NCBI GenBank assembly: GCA_002410925.1
Contig: DHPR01000033.1
Span: 206,397 to 270,396, forward strand
Source: a bacterium UBP13_UBA5359
GTDB lineage: Bacteria > UBP13 > UBA5359
Length of the DNA: 64,000 bases
Direction: 5' to 3'
The position numbers and the translations under genes are program-made. Shown one piece after another: positions 1 to 10,078 of the stretch (the stretch's first letter is position 1; each line of letters opens with the position of its first letter). Below the pieces are notes generated by a model. That model had not been told where the DNA came from. It saw nothing but the letters and a program-made list of their open reading frames with translations, and did no database searches.

Positions 1-1131
1 TACATTTGAATCAAGAATAGTAGTAAATGCACGCTTGAAACCGGCATCCACAGCCGAGCGGAGGGTCTTACCCGTTCTTAACTCTTCTCTTATTCTCTCA
101 AAGATAATAATATTGGCATCGACAGCCATACCCACAGAGAGAATAATACCGGCTATACCGGGCAGGGTCAGTGTGGCGTGCAGCCCCGCCATAATGGCTA
201 GCATCAGCAAAGTATAAACAATCAGCGCTAGATTAGCCAGCATTCCCGGCACAGTGTAATAAGTCAGCATAAAGAGCGCTACAGCCGCTATACCGATAAT
301 AGCAGCGGTCTTGCTCTTGGAGATCGATTCCTGTCCGAGAGTGGGCCCTATGGTCCTATTTTCCACTATCTCTACAGGAACGGGGAGTGAGCCCCCCTTG
401 AGCAGAACAGCCAGATCTTGAGCCTCTTCAAGAGTTTTAAAACCCCCGCTTATCTGGCCGCGGCCCTCGGTAATAGGTTCGTTCACGTTGGGAGCAGAGA
501 TAATCCTGTTATCCAGAACTATAGCCAGCGTTTCACCGACATTCCTGATAGTGAAATCTCTAAAAGCCTTTGCCCCTTCCTTATCAAGAGCGAAGGAAAC
601 AATCGGATTGCCGTTCTGGTCGAACTGGGCAGATATCTGCTTGCGCTGCAAATTGCTGCCCGTTATGACCAGCGGGGAATCCTGCAGCACCTGCGCCATA
701 GGAACCTCCTTGCCGGCATCCATGAACTTGTAGACAACCCGTCCGGATTCATCAGTGTAGAATTGCATCTTGTTCTTCCATTCGGACGGTATATGCTTGA
801 ACTCCATCACGGCCAGAGTCTGCAGCATATCGACAGCCTTCCGAGCATCTTTGATGCCGGGCAACTCGACGATCAGTGCCCTGTTTCCCTTGACCTGCAG
901 CAACGGCTCAGTAATGCCCAGACCGTCGACTCTGTTGCGCATGACCTCCTTGACATCTCTGACGACATTGGCGTCCACTTTGAGGCTCTCCGTATCCTTA
1001 AGCTGAAGAACAAGCCTGGTGCCGCCCTTCAGATCAAGACCGTAATTCAACGGTATAGCGGAGATGAAATATGCTGACAGGGCAACAATAGCTACCAACA
1101 TCAGCGCTTTTGCAGGGCTTTTGAACTTCAT
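1..1131 (-). CDS. secD: Protein translocase subunit SecD (3' end runs off the window)
   Basis: Manual translation from ATG at 1131 gives MKFKSPAKALMLVAIVALSAYFISAIPLNYGLDLKGG. GLDLxGG motif, later TIGPTLG, LTLPGIAG, GMAVDAN. Follows tgt. Confidence 0.93.
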   Translation of the reverse strand, partial: MKFKSPAKALMLVAIVALSAYFISAIPLNYGLDLKGGTRLVLQLKDTESLKVDANVVRDVKEVMRNRVDGLGITEPLLQVKGNRALIVELPGIKDARKAVDMLQTLAVMEFKHIPSEWKNKMQFYTDESGRVVYKFMDAGKEVPMAQVLQDSPLVITGSNLQRKQISAQFDQNGNPIVSFALDKEGAKAFRDFTIRNVGETLAIVLDNRIISAPNVNEPITEGRGQISGGFKTLEEAQDLAVLLKGGSLPVPVEIVENRTIGPTLGQESISKSKTAAIIGIAAVALFMLTYYTVPGMLANLALIVYTLLMLAIMAGLHATLTLPGIAGIILSVGMAVDANIIIFERIREELRTGKTLRSAVDAGFKRAFTTILDSNV

Positions 1132-1251
1132 GAGAATCCTCCCCCGTGTCAATAACTTGTATGATTATATTATGCCTCGCATGGGACTGTCAATAAAACT
1201 AGGGCTTGCAGTGCCGAGTTTCGACAGTAATAATGCATACTCGTTGCAAAA

Positions 1252-2376
1252 TCAGAGCTGCTTTCCATATGGCCCTCCAAGGTAGCCGCCCAGGAAATCA
1301 GCCGAGTAATCCGAAAAAGCATCCTCCAGAATAGCTCGACGTATATTCTGCATTAATCTTTTATAAAAAACCAGATTGTGCGTGGTTGCCAGTATAGCGG
1401 CCAACATCTCGCCGCATTTGAAGAGATGACGCACATACGCTCTGCTGTATCCCTGACAAGCTGCACACGGGCAGCCATCTTCTATAGGACGATGGTCTTC
1501 AGCGTAGACAGCATTTCTGATATTCAGCCTGCCCTGCATAGTAAATACGGTTCCGTTACGCCCCATTCGAGCAGGCAGAACGCAATCAAACATGTCTATG
1601 CCCCTAGTAACACCCTTTATTATATCCTCCGGAAGACCTACCCCCATAAGATACCGCGGCGCATCCATCGGTAAAGCTGAAACCGCCGCCGCCAGAGCCG
1701 GGAGCATCTCACTCTTGCTCTCACCCACGCTTAAACCGCCGACAGCATATCCGGCAAAGCCTATATCTATAATCTGGCGAGCACTCTCTAAACGAAGATC
1801 AGGATAGATGCTTCCCTGGACTATTCCGAAGAGCGTCTGCGCATCATCTTGAAATTCTCGCCGACAACGAGCAGCCCATCTGGTGGTCCGCTCCAGTGAT
1901 TCTCGTGCGTAGTCATGATCGCAAGGATAGGGAGAACACTCATCGAAAGCCATAATGATATCGGCGCCAAGCTGCCGTTCTATCTCCATCACCCTCTCAG
2001 GTGTGAAGGTATGATACGATCCATCCAGCGGCGATTGGAAACAGACACCCTCTTCACTGATACGTCGCAGAGCAGAGAGGCTGAAGACCTGATAACCACC
2101 GGAATCGGTCAAAAGATTGCCTTTCCAGTTCATGAATTTATGTATGCCGCCTGCTCTCTCTATCAAATCAGCGCCGGGCCGTAAATAGAGATGGAAAGCG
2201 TTACTCAATATTATGCCCGATGCCAGTTCCTCCAAAGCATCGTTCATTATGCCTTTTACGGTCGCTCTGGTGCCGACAGGCATAAATACAGGCGTAAGCA
2301 GCTCTCCATGCGGCAGGCATAGCCTGCCTGCTCTGGCATCAGTCTCAGAGGAAAGAAACTGGAATTCAAAAATCAA
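1252..2376 (-). CDS. tgt: Queuine tRNA-ribosyltransferase
   Basis: TPVFMPVGT, TDSGGYQ, DMFDCV and CPCAAC Zn motifs. Likely TTG start at 2376 after a GGAGG RBS. Confidence 0.96.
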   Translation of the reverse strand: MIFEFQFLSSETDARAGRLCLPHGELLTPVFMPVGTRATVKGIMNDALEELASGIILSNAFHLYLRPGADLIERAGGIHKFMNWKGNLLTDSGGYQVFSLSALRRISEEGVCFQSPLDGSYHTFTPERVMEIERQLGADIIMAFDECSPYPCDHDYARESLERTTRWAARCRREFQDDAQTLFGIVQGSIYPDLRLESARQIIDIGFAGYAVGGLSVGESKSEMLPALAAAVSALPMDAPRYLMGVGLPEDIIKGVTRGIDMFDCVLPARMGRNGTVFTMQGRLNIRNAVYAEDHRPIEDGCPCAACQGYSRAYVRHLFKCGEMLAAILATTHNLVFYKRLMQNIRRAILEDAFSDYSADFLGGYLGGPYGKQL

Positions 2377-3340
2377 CCTTCCCCACCTCCTCGCCAGAAT
2401 CAATCCGGAGTGTTTTTAACAGCAATGATATATCGGGCGGTAAGGGTACTTCAAAGCACATTTTCTTTCCAGTGGCAGGATGCTTAAAAGCGAGCCGGAA
2501 TGCATGCAATGCCTGCCCTTTCAAGCCCTCTATCAGATGGCGAACAGCCGTAGATCGCACGGCGGCAGGAATGCGCCCAGGCCCATAAAGAGGATCGCCT
2601 ACCACCGGATGCCCTATAGCGGCCATATGCACCCTTATCTGGTGCGTCCTTCCTGTCATCAGAGCGGCTTCCACCAGTGAAATGCCGTCATGGCTCTCTA
2701 CGACTCGATACTCTGTAGTGGCATGCCGGCCATTCCGGCGCACAGCCATCCTCTTTCTGTCAACAGGATGGCGCCCTATCGGCGCATCAATAATTCCCCT
2801 TTTGGCCTCCGGCCTGCCATAAACCAGCGCTAAATAGATACGCTTTACATCCCGCCGCTGAAAATCACGAGCCAGGTTCAAATAGGCCGTAGCATTCTTG
2901 GCGGCCACCATAAGGCCGGTAGTATCCTTATCCAGACGGTGCACTATTCCGGGCCGTGTATGATCGCCGATATCGACGATGTCGGGATAGCGATGCAACA
3001 GAGCGTTAACCAGTGTTCCTTCTGCAGAACCTGCCCCAGGATGGACGACCAGGCCCCGGGGCTTATTTATAACAATAATATACTCATCTTCATAAATAAT
3101 ATCCAGTTTTATCTTCTGTGGCCTGATAATCTGTTCAGCTGGAAGCTTTACATCACCCTCAACCACATCACCGGCTTTGACCTTACTCCCAGGCTTGCAA
3201 ATCATGCCGTTAAGGCGTATATCTCCCTGCACAATAGCACGCTGGACAGCTGTTCTTGAAGGTGAGTAACCCTTTTCAAAGAGGAGACGATCCAAGCGTA
3301 GGCCGGCCTCTGTCTCTCCAACGACAAACGCATCCTTCAT
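2366..3340 (-). CDS. rluD: RluA/RluD-family 23S rRNA pseudouridine synthase
   Basis: S4-like N-terminus (RLDRLL), NKPRGLVVHPG, catalytic HRLDKDTTG, GRTHQIRVH. Confidence 0.93.
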   Translation of the reverse strand: MKDAFVVGETEAGLRLDRLLFEKGYSPSRTAVQRAIVQGDIRLNGMICKPGSKVKAGDVVEGDVKLPAEQIIRPQKIKLDIIYEDEYIIVINKPRGLVVHPGAGSAEGTLVNALLHRYPDIVDIGDHTRPGIVHRLDKDTTGLMVAAKNATAYLNLARDFQRRDVKRIYLALVYGRPEAKRGIIDAPIGRHPVDRKRMAVRRNGRHATTEYRVVESHDGISLVEAALMTGRTHQIRVHMAAIGHPVVGDPLYGPGRIPAAVRSTAVRHLIEGLKGQALHAFRLAFKHPATGKKMCFEVPLPPDISLLLKTLRIDSGEEVGKVDF

Positions 3341-4107
3341 CCTTCACCGACCCCGGTTGAGGCCTCGGCGTTAAGGCGAACACGACGTCGTAAAACGGCA
3401 TCTGCTGTCAGGGTAGCGATGACCAATACCAAGCTCAATGCCTGAGCCTGCGTTAATCCGAATGAGAGCACAACGGCACTCTCCCCAGCCCTATATATTT
3501 CTACAAAAAAACGCTCCAGCGAGTAAAGCATGATGTAATAAATAATCACCTGGCCGGTATATCTTTTTCGTCGGTCTGCCCATAGCAGAAGCGGTATCAG
3601 CGCCAGACTCAAAAGAGATGAATATATCTGCACAGGGTGACGATCAGCCGCATGCATGTGGACATGCCAGGGCAAATCCGTTGGCTTGCCATAACAGCAT
3701 CCGTTGAGAAAACAGCCTATTCTGGTAATGGCATAGCCCAGAGCCGTACCGGGAGCCAGCAAATCGCTATATTGCAAAAAATCCTCTTTGTTATGCAGGC
3801 AAACTGCAGCCGCCAGAATACCGGCAATCAAGCCGCCGTGAAAGGAGAGTCCGCCCTCCCAAATTCTCAGCGCCTCCCAAAAGTTTGATGCATAATAGCT
3901 CCAATTGAGTATTACGTATCCCGCTCTAGCTCCAATCAGCGCAGCTATCATGAGCACTGATACAAGATCAACCATCCTTTCAGCGTTCAGACCTGCCACA
4001 GAGGCTCTTCTGAAGCACCAGGCAAAGGCTATGACAACACCCAATGCCAGCATAAAGCCGTATGATGGCAAAGCAAAAATACCTAAATCAACCAATATCG
4101 GTTTCAT
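3337..4107 (-). CDS. lgt: Prolipoprotein diacylglyceryl transferase
   Basis: IWEGGLSFHGG, RIGCFLNGCCYG, HPVQIY motifs; multi-pass membrane protein. Confidence 0.95.
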   Translation of the reverse strand: MKPILVDLGIFALPSYGFMLALGVVIAFAWCFRRASVAGLNAERMVDLVSVLMIAALIGARAGYVILNWSYYASNFWEALRIWEGGLSFHGGLIAGILAAAVCLHNKEDFLQYSDLLAPGTALGYAITRIGCFLNGCCYGKPTDLPWHVHMHAADRHPVQIYSSLLSLALIPLLLWADRRKRYTGQVIIYYIMLYSLERFFVEIYRAGESAVVLSFGLTQAQALSLVLVIATLTADAVLRRRVRLNAEASTGVGEG

Positions 4108-4190
4108 AATTACCTCTGTCGTTCGGCCAGAAAGCGCTCAAAGATTAGAAGAGGAAATATTCAGGCTGATAATGGCGAAGCAGTCCTGAG

Positions 4191-4676
4191 CTATTCCGAA
4201 TTCCGGCTTTCGGCTTTTCTTTTCTTTTTACCCGAGCAGCCATTCTCAATCGTTTCAGGCGATTTCATCAACATTAGCGCTAAAAATGCCGCGCCCGCTG
4301 TTATAAAGAGATCGGCCAAATTAAAGACAGGCCAACAAGGCAAAGAAATAAAATCCGTGACAAATCCCCGGCTTATTCTATCTACTATATTGCCCAAAGA
4401 GCCGCCGGCGATAAAGCCCAGCGGCAACGCCAGGTGCCTGTAATGGAAAGCCATGTAAACAACAGCTGCCACCGCCAGTATGGTAAAAGGAATGAGCAAC
4501 CAGGCCATGCCTTGCAGCAATCCAAAGGCCGCTCCGGTATTACGGCAATGTATAATAGCCACCCAGGGAGATAAAGAATCAACGCCTGCACCTTCAGGGA
4601 GTAGCTTTCTAATAATTATTTTCGAAGCCTGATCGGCGCCCAATGCAATCAAGGAGGCTCTATAAAATGACTTCAT
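4191..4676 (-). CDS. lspA: Lipoprotein signal peptidase II
   Basis: DQASK, NTGAAFG, GNIVDR, VTDFI, FNLAD motifs. Confidence 0.95.
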   Translation of the reverse strand: MKSFYRASLIALGADQASKIIIRKLLPEGAGVDSLSPWVAIIHCRNTGAAFGLLQGMAWLLIPFTILAVAAVVYMAFHYRHLALPLGFIAGGSLGNIVDRISRGFVTDFISLPCWPVFNLADLFITAGAAFLALMLMKSPETIENGCSGKKKRKAESRNSE

Positions 4677-5056
4677 CAGGTTTTTCGCTCACTTCTCTCC
4701 TGGCAGGCCATACAGGTAACGGCATAGGGCAACGCTTCCAGCCTTTCGGATGAAATGCGCTCCTTACACTCCCGGCAAATCCCGTAGGTTCCCCTCTCCA
4801 TGCTCTCCAGTGCCATATCTATACGTTTGAGTATAGTTTCGGCATTTTTGATCAACGCCTCATTCTTCTCCCGTTCAAAGGTCTCGGTAGCCATATCGGC
4901 GGGATGATTGTCATACATGGAGAGCTCACCCATGGACTCCCCGGCGCTTTCTGAGGATTCACTCTCTATCAGGGTCCTCAGTTCTTCCTCGATACGCTTT
5001 CTATCGGCCAACAACCGCTGTCTCAGCTTCATTACAACCGGATCCGCCTCTGTCAT
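4676..5056 (-). CDS. TraR/DksA C4-type zinc finger protein (YteA-like)
   Basis: ELSMYDNHPAD, GTYGICREC...ERLEALPYAVTCMAC. Confidence 0.9.
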   Translation of the reverse strand: MTEADPVVMKLRQRLLADRKRIEEELRTLIESESSESAGESMGELSMYDNHPADMATETFEREKNEALIKNAETILKRIDMALESMERGTYGICRECKERISSERLEALPYAVTCMACQERSERKT

Positions 5057-5068
5057 CGCTCTCTCCTC

Positions 5069-5479
5069 TCATTTGCTCATTTGAGATTGTATGGCGACAA
5101 TAAACCTAGCAATGTAACCGGGCACAAAGGGCAACGCCGCTATCTTGCTCAAGAGAATCAAGAAGATGGCTGCCAGAGCGGTCATGCCTAAAATCATGCC
5201 AAAGCCTCTTGCCAGCCCGCAAGCAAAGTTCATAAAGATCAACCGCCTGGTATTCTGAAGCAACACAATATACTCGCCCATATTGATACGCTCCAGCAAA
5301 GAGGCTAAACGCTCTATATTACTATTCAGCGTGCCGTGGATGGAATTTCCAGCGTCCTCCACCCTTTCCGAAAGCTCCTTGCTCTCTAACTTCCGAATCC
5401 GGCATTCCGTATCTCTCTTAATTTCACTTTCTCCTTCCACATTCTGTATTCTATCCTCTGCATTCGTAATGTCAGACAT
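5069..5479 (-). CDS. Small membrane protein, DUF5665-like
   Basis: YIVLLQNTRRLIFMNFACGLARGFGMILG resembles this family; C-terminal hydrophobic segment. Confidence 0.7.
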   Translation of the reverse strand: MSDITNAEDRIQNVEGESEIKRDTECRIRKLESKELSERVEDAGNSIHGTLNSNIERLASLLERINMGEYIVLLQNTRRLIFMNFACGLARGFGMILGMTALAAIFLILLSKIAALPFVPGYIARFIVAIQSQMSK

Positions 5480-8261
5480 TCTTTACCACTTCCAAGCATC
5501 TGTTGCAAAGATCGGCATAATGCGCATCCGTTCCTACATCCTCCGAGTACACCCAGCATCTGGCGCATTTCTCTCCTCCGGCTCTCGATACACCTATATA
5601 AATTCCCGGCTTATCCAAACTTTCAAACACATAACCACCCTCTGCCTTCTTCAGGGATACATGCGAAACAATGAAGTATTCCCGCAAGCCCTGACCAAAA
5701 GTATCCAGAAAAGCTATAGTATCATCATCAGCATCTATACTTACGGCAGCCTCCAGGCTTTTGCCGATTATACCAGCGTTCTTGGCATTTTCCAGAGCTT
5801 TGAGAACCTCCTTACGTATAACCAGAAAACGCTCCCAGCGCTCATTCAGCGACTCATCTTCATAAAAGCCAGATGGCTGCGGCCATGCTTGCAGCTCTAC
5901 GCTCTTCGCATCAGGCACGGCATAGCCCCATATCTCCTCAGCGGTGTGAGGCAGCACAGGTGAAAAGAGCAGCGTCAAGTTGCGTAAAATAATATCGAAC
6001 ACTGTTTGGGCCGAACGCCTGACAAGAGATTTTGTTGCAGAGGTATAGAGCCTGTCCTTAAGAACATCGAGATAGAATGAGCTCATATCCACGGCACAAA
6101 AATTATGTATGGAGTGATAAACGGTATGGAATTCATATTTTTCATAGGCTTCCGTTACTCTTCTGCAAAGACGATCAAGCTTCATAAGTGCCCACCTGTC
6201 TATCTCCTGAAGATCCTCATATGGTAAGGCATCCGTTTTAACGTTGAACCCATCAAGGTTACCAAGCATGAAGCGTGCCGTATTACGTATACGACGGTAG
6301 ACTTCCACCACATGGCCAATCAACTTATCCGATACCCTTATATCACTTCTGAAATCTGTTGAGGCTATCCACAGACGCAATATATCGGCACCATATTTTT
6401 TGATGATCCGCTGTGGCTCTACTACATTGCCCAGAGATTTAGACATCTTTCGGCCTTCCTCATCAACCAGGAAGCCATGTGTCAGCACTTGCTTGTAGGG
6501 AGCCTTGCCGGTTGCTCCCACGGAGGTCAGCATGGATGTCTGAAACCATCCCCGATACTGGTCACTACCCTCCAGATAGAGATCAGCCGGCCAGGCCAAT
6601 TCCGGGCGCTTAGCTAGTACAGCTCTATGGCTGACGCCGGAATCAAACCATACATCCATAATATCGGTTTCTTTACGAAATTTCGTTCCGCCGCAATCGG
6701 GACATGAATAGCCGCCAGGCATAATCTCTTCAGATGTATGCTTATACCAGGCATCAGAGCCTTCACGAGCAAAAAGCTCCTCTACGGCGTTCAGAAGACT
6801 CTCTTCTATTATAGCTCGGTTGCAACACTCGCAATAGAAAATCGGCAACGGCACACCCCAAATACGCTGTCTGGATAGGCACCAATCCGGCCTATCTTTA
6901 ACCATATTGACGATACGCTCCATACCCCATTCAGGTATCCAATCCACCTTACCTATCTCACCCAGAACAGCATCCCTGTATTCATTTACATTAACAAACC
7001 ACTGCTCTGTAGCCCGAAAAACAACCGGCTTCTTGCAGCGCCAACAATGAGGATAAGAATGCTTTATATCCTCCCTGGCCATTAGATAGCCTGTTTCAGC
7101 CAGAAGGTCCATAACAGCCGTATTGGCGATATCATAGCGCAAACCGGTAAAATCACCCGCTTCAGAGGTAAATATGCCGCGATTATCTAATGGACTGATT
7201 ACTGGAAGATCATACCTGGAAGCTACGGCAAAATCCTCGGGGCCATGCCCGGGTGCAGTATGAACACAGCCGGTGCCCTGCTCCGAAGTAACAAACTCAG
7301 AGAGAATAAGAAGGGAATCTCTGCCAAAGAAGGGGTGCCTGCACTTCAAGCATTCCAGATCCTTGCCTGATACCCTATCCAGAATGGAGTAATCATCTAT
7401 TCTGCATATCGACATAGTCTCTTCCAATAGCTCCGAAGCCACCACATAGGCGCTATTCCCAGCAACCGCCACTGAATATTCCATATGTGGATTTACAGCT
7501 ACAGCCACATTAGAGATCAATGTCCAGGGCGTAGTGGTCCAGATAATAAAGTAGGGCTCGAGGGTGCTTTCTTCAGCCAGCCGGGTTGACAGAGCGCTTC
7601 TATCGCCCACGTAGGGGAATTTTACATATATAGAATTGGATGTCTTGTCATGGTACTCTATTTCAGCTTCAGCCAAAGCGGTCTCACATGAGGGACACCA
7701 GTATATAGGCCTAAGGCCTTTATATATCAAATCCCTGGCTACCAGCTCCTTAAAGACGGCTATCTGCTCAGCCTCATAGGCAGCATCCATGGTTATATAA
7801 GGATTGTCCCAATCGCCGCGTACACCGAGACGCTTGAACTGCTCTCTTTGCTTGCTGATAAATTTGGCGGCAAATTCACGACAGCGCCTACGCCATTCCA
7901 AAGGCTCTATTTCATGACGATGCACACCCAGACTTTTAATGACCTGATGCTCGGTGGGCAATCCGTGCGTATCCCAGCCCGGTACATATGGAGCATCATA
8001 ACCGGCCATTGTTTTCTGCCTGATAATGAAATCCTTGAGAACTTTATTTAAAGCATGCCCGAGATGAATATCACCATTCGCGTAAGGCGGTCCATCATGC
8101 AGAATAAACTTCGGCTTGCCTTTGTTACGCTTGAGCAACGTACCGTATATATCATTCTCCAGCCAATGACGCTCTATTTCCTCTTCCCTTTGCGGCAGAT
8201 TAGCCTTCATCGGCAACTCTGTCTTTGGTAAATTGATTGTTTTTCCGTAATCGTTACTCAC
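5472..8261 (-). CDS. ileS: Isoleucine--tRNA ligase (type 1)
   Basis: HDGPPYANGDIHLGH (HIGH-like), KMSKS, C-terminal CARC...CNRC zinc finger. Confidence 0.98.
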   Translation of the reverse strand: MSNDYGKTINLPKTELPMKANLPQREEEIERHWLENDIYGTLLKRNKGKPKFILHDGPPYANGDIHLGHALNKVLKDFIIRQKTMAGYDAPYVPGWDTHGLPTEHQVIKSLGVHRHEIEPLEWRRRCREFAAKFISKQREQFKRLGVRGDWDNPYITMDAAYEAEQIAVFKELVARDLIYKGLRPIYWCPSCETALAEAEIEYHDKTSNSIYVKFPYVGDRSALSTRLAEESTLEPYFIIWTTTPWTLISNVAVAVNPHMEYSVAVAGNSAYVVASELLEETMSICRIDDYSILDRVSGKDLECLKCRHPFFGRDSLLILSEFVTSEQGTGCVHTAPGHGPEDFAVASRYDLPVISPLDNRGIFTSEAGDFTGLRYDIANTAVMDLLAETGYLMAREDIKHSYPHCWRCKKPVVFRATEQWFVNVNEYRDAVLGEIGKVDWIPEWGMERIVNMVKDRPDWCLSRQRIWGVPLPIFYCECCNRAIIEESLLNAVEELFAREGSDAWYKHTSEEIMPGGYSCPDCGGTKFRKETDIMDVWFDSGVSHRAVLAKRPELAWPADLYLEGSDQYRGWFQTSMLTSVGATGKAPYKQVLTHGFLVDEEGRKMSKSLGNVVEPQRIIKKYGADILRLWIASTDFRSDIRVSDKLIGHVVEVYRRIRNTARFMLGNLDGFNVKTDALPYEDLQEIDRWALMKLDRLCRRVTEAYEKYEFHTVYHSIHNFCAVDMSSFYLDVLKDRLYTSATKSLVRRSAQTVFDIILRNLTLLFSPVLPHTAEEIWGYAVPDAKSVELQAWPQPSGFYEDESLNERWERFLVIRKEVLKALENAKNAGIIGKSLEAAVSIDADDDTIAFLDTFGQGLREYFIVSHVSLKKAEGGYVFESLDKPGIYIGVSRAGGEKCARCWVYSEDVGTDAHYADLCNRCLEVVKNV

Positions 8262-9115
8262 CGTTGTTTCTCCTCATATGCCCTTATCATGCCGTCCAGA
8301 GTATCTCTGAAGCTGCCGATTTTATTCAGCCCCAAGCTCTCCAGCGCTAAATTATTCAATGCAGAATTGGCCGGCCTTCTAGCCGGCCGGTTAAGATCCA
8401 CCGTGGAAACCGGTCGCAACTTCGTATTATATTCGGCTGTAGCTAATATCGCTCTGGCAAAATCATACCAGCTGCAAACCTCTCCACCGGTAACATGTAA
8501 TATTCCATTATGTGGCAATGCCAGCAATTCCGTCAACTTGACAGCCAAATCCTGTGTAAAAGTAGGTGCGCCGCGTTGATCATCAACAACATTCAGATAA
8601 CCGATACCGGATTTAGCCTTGTCAAGAATGGCATAAACAAAGTTCCAACCGTTATACCCATAAAGCCAGGAGGTTCTGACTATTTTGTATTTCGCCCCGC
8701 TTCCGGCCACCATTGCCTCAGCTGCAGCTTTGCTGAAGCCGTAGACGTTGATTGGAGAAACTCTGTCGTATTCCGTATAAGGCTCTGATTTTGTTCCGTC
8801 AAAAACATAATCCGTGCTTACGGACATTATAGATGCACCTATCTCACGACAGGCCGTCGCCACGTTCCAGCTGCCGACGGCATTGATCAGATACGCCTGC
8901 TCCGGCTGTGCTTCGCAGGCATCCACATCGGTCATAGCCGCGCAGTGAATCAAAGCATCAGGGTTATATTTTTGTAGCCATGATTCCGTCGCTTTGTAAG
9001 AGGTTATATCGAAATCATCTCTATCCGCTTTTATACATAGATGCCCGGCAGCGGCCAGTGCCTGCACGACATCCGTTCCCAGCATGCCGGCCGCACCTGT
9101 AACGGCAACCCGCAT
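8258..9115 (-). CDS. rfbD: dTDP-4-dehydrorhamnose reductase
   Basis: GAAGMLG, STDYVFDG, YGFSK, VVDDQRGAPT, PARRPANS. Confidence 0.93.
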   Translation of the reverse strand: MRVAVTGAAGMLGTDVVQALAAAGHLCIKADRDDFDITSYKATESWLQKYNPDALIHCAAMTDVDACEAQPEQAYLINAVGSWNVATACREIGASIMSVSTDYVFDGTKSEPYTEYDRVSPINVYGFSKAAAEAMVAGSGAKYKIVRTSWLYGYNGWNFVYAILDKAKSGIGYLNVVDDQRGAPTFTQDLAVKLTELLALPHNGILHVTGGEVCSWYDFARAILATAEYNTKLRPVSTVDLNRPARRPANSALNNLALESLGLNKIGSFRDTLDGMIRAYEEKQR

Positions 9116-9257
9116 CGCGTCGCCTCCACAATTATAATAATGCCCCTATATCAGGGGCGTCGGTCTAAAAAATCATTATAAATATAGCACAAGGGATATG
9201 GAGCGTCAATTTAAAGATGACCTTCAAATAAAGCGAACGCAATTATGAAAATTCGGT

Positions 9258-9554
9258 CTAAGAGAGTAAACGCTGCAGCAGCCCTGTTCGATCAAGGCCT
9301 ACTACTGCCAGTCTCTTGTAACGGGAATGTTCACCAGATAGAATCTCCAGAGAACTTTTGGATATACCGAGCTTTTTACTAAGTATCTTTATCAGACGCT
9401 CATTAGCCTGCCCCTCCAGGGGAGGTGCGGTAGTCCTTATTTCCAATCTTCCCTCTCTGACACCCTCTATGGCATCTTTTGATGCCCTGGGGCGTATCCT
9501 GACTTCAAATACCAATCGGCCATCCTTCTCATCGGTTATCAAGACATCACTCAT
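9258..9554 (-). CDS. DUF167/YggU family protein
   Basis: VRIRPRAS, APPLEGQAN, SGEHSRYK. Confidence 0.9.
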   Translation of the reverse strand: MSDVLITDEKDGRLVFEVRIRPRASKDAIEGVREGRLEIRTTAPPLEGQANERLIKILSKKLGISKSSLEILSGEHSRYKRLAVVGLDRTGLLQRLLS

Positions 9555-9563
9555 TGCATCAGC

Positions 9564-9965
9564 CTATTCAAGCATCTTGATATGCGTTTCCAATAATGTC
9601 CTGAATTCTATTTTAAAATGCTCCTTTCTGGCTTCTAATTCACTGAGATCATTAAGCATTCGTTCTTTTTCCAGTTGCGCCTCACGCCTGGTAAGCTCTG
9701 CTTCACGCTGTGCGCTCTCCCGGATATCTTCAGATGCCTTCTGAGCGCTTATCATAGCCGAGCGCATAGTCTCTTCCATTTCTTCATATCGCTGAACCTT
9801 CTTCTGCCAAGCGCCCAGTTCCTCTTTCAATCTGGCATTTTCATTGATAACCTTCTCATAATCATCTCCAACTTTGGCTAAAAACTCTTCAACCTCGCCG
9901 GGATCATATCCCCTTAACCGGTGTGAAAACTCATGATGGACAATATCTATAGGTAGCAAACGCAA
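9564..9965 (-). CDS. divIVA: Cell division initiation protein DivIVA
   Basis: LLPIDIVHHEF...RGYDPGEVEEFL N-terminus followed by coiled coil. Confidence 0.92.
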   Translation of the reverse strand: MRLLPIDIVHHEFSHRLRGYDPGEVEEFLAKVGDDYEKVINENARLKEELGAWQKKVQRYEEMEETMRSAMISAQKASEDIRESAQREAELTRREAQLEKERMLNDLSELEARKEHFKIEFRTLLETHIKMLE

Positions 9966-10078
9966 GATTATCCCCCTTTTCGGATGCTGAATGCGAAACA
10001 GCCTGCACCCCTAGCTTTTATATACTATATCTCAAGCCCAAATAATCTGCTCCGATCGCCTTCCCGCTTCCGCATATC

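Noticed and set aside
418-1077. 219-aa plus-strand ORF, and the many similar antisense ORFs across the window
   Set aside because: Shadow of secD. The others (e.g. 43552-44454, 25965-26747, 62105-62830) likewise mirror confident opposite-strand genes.
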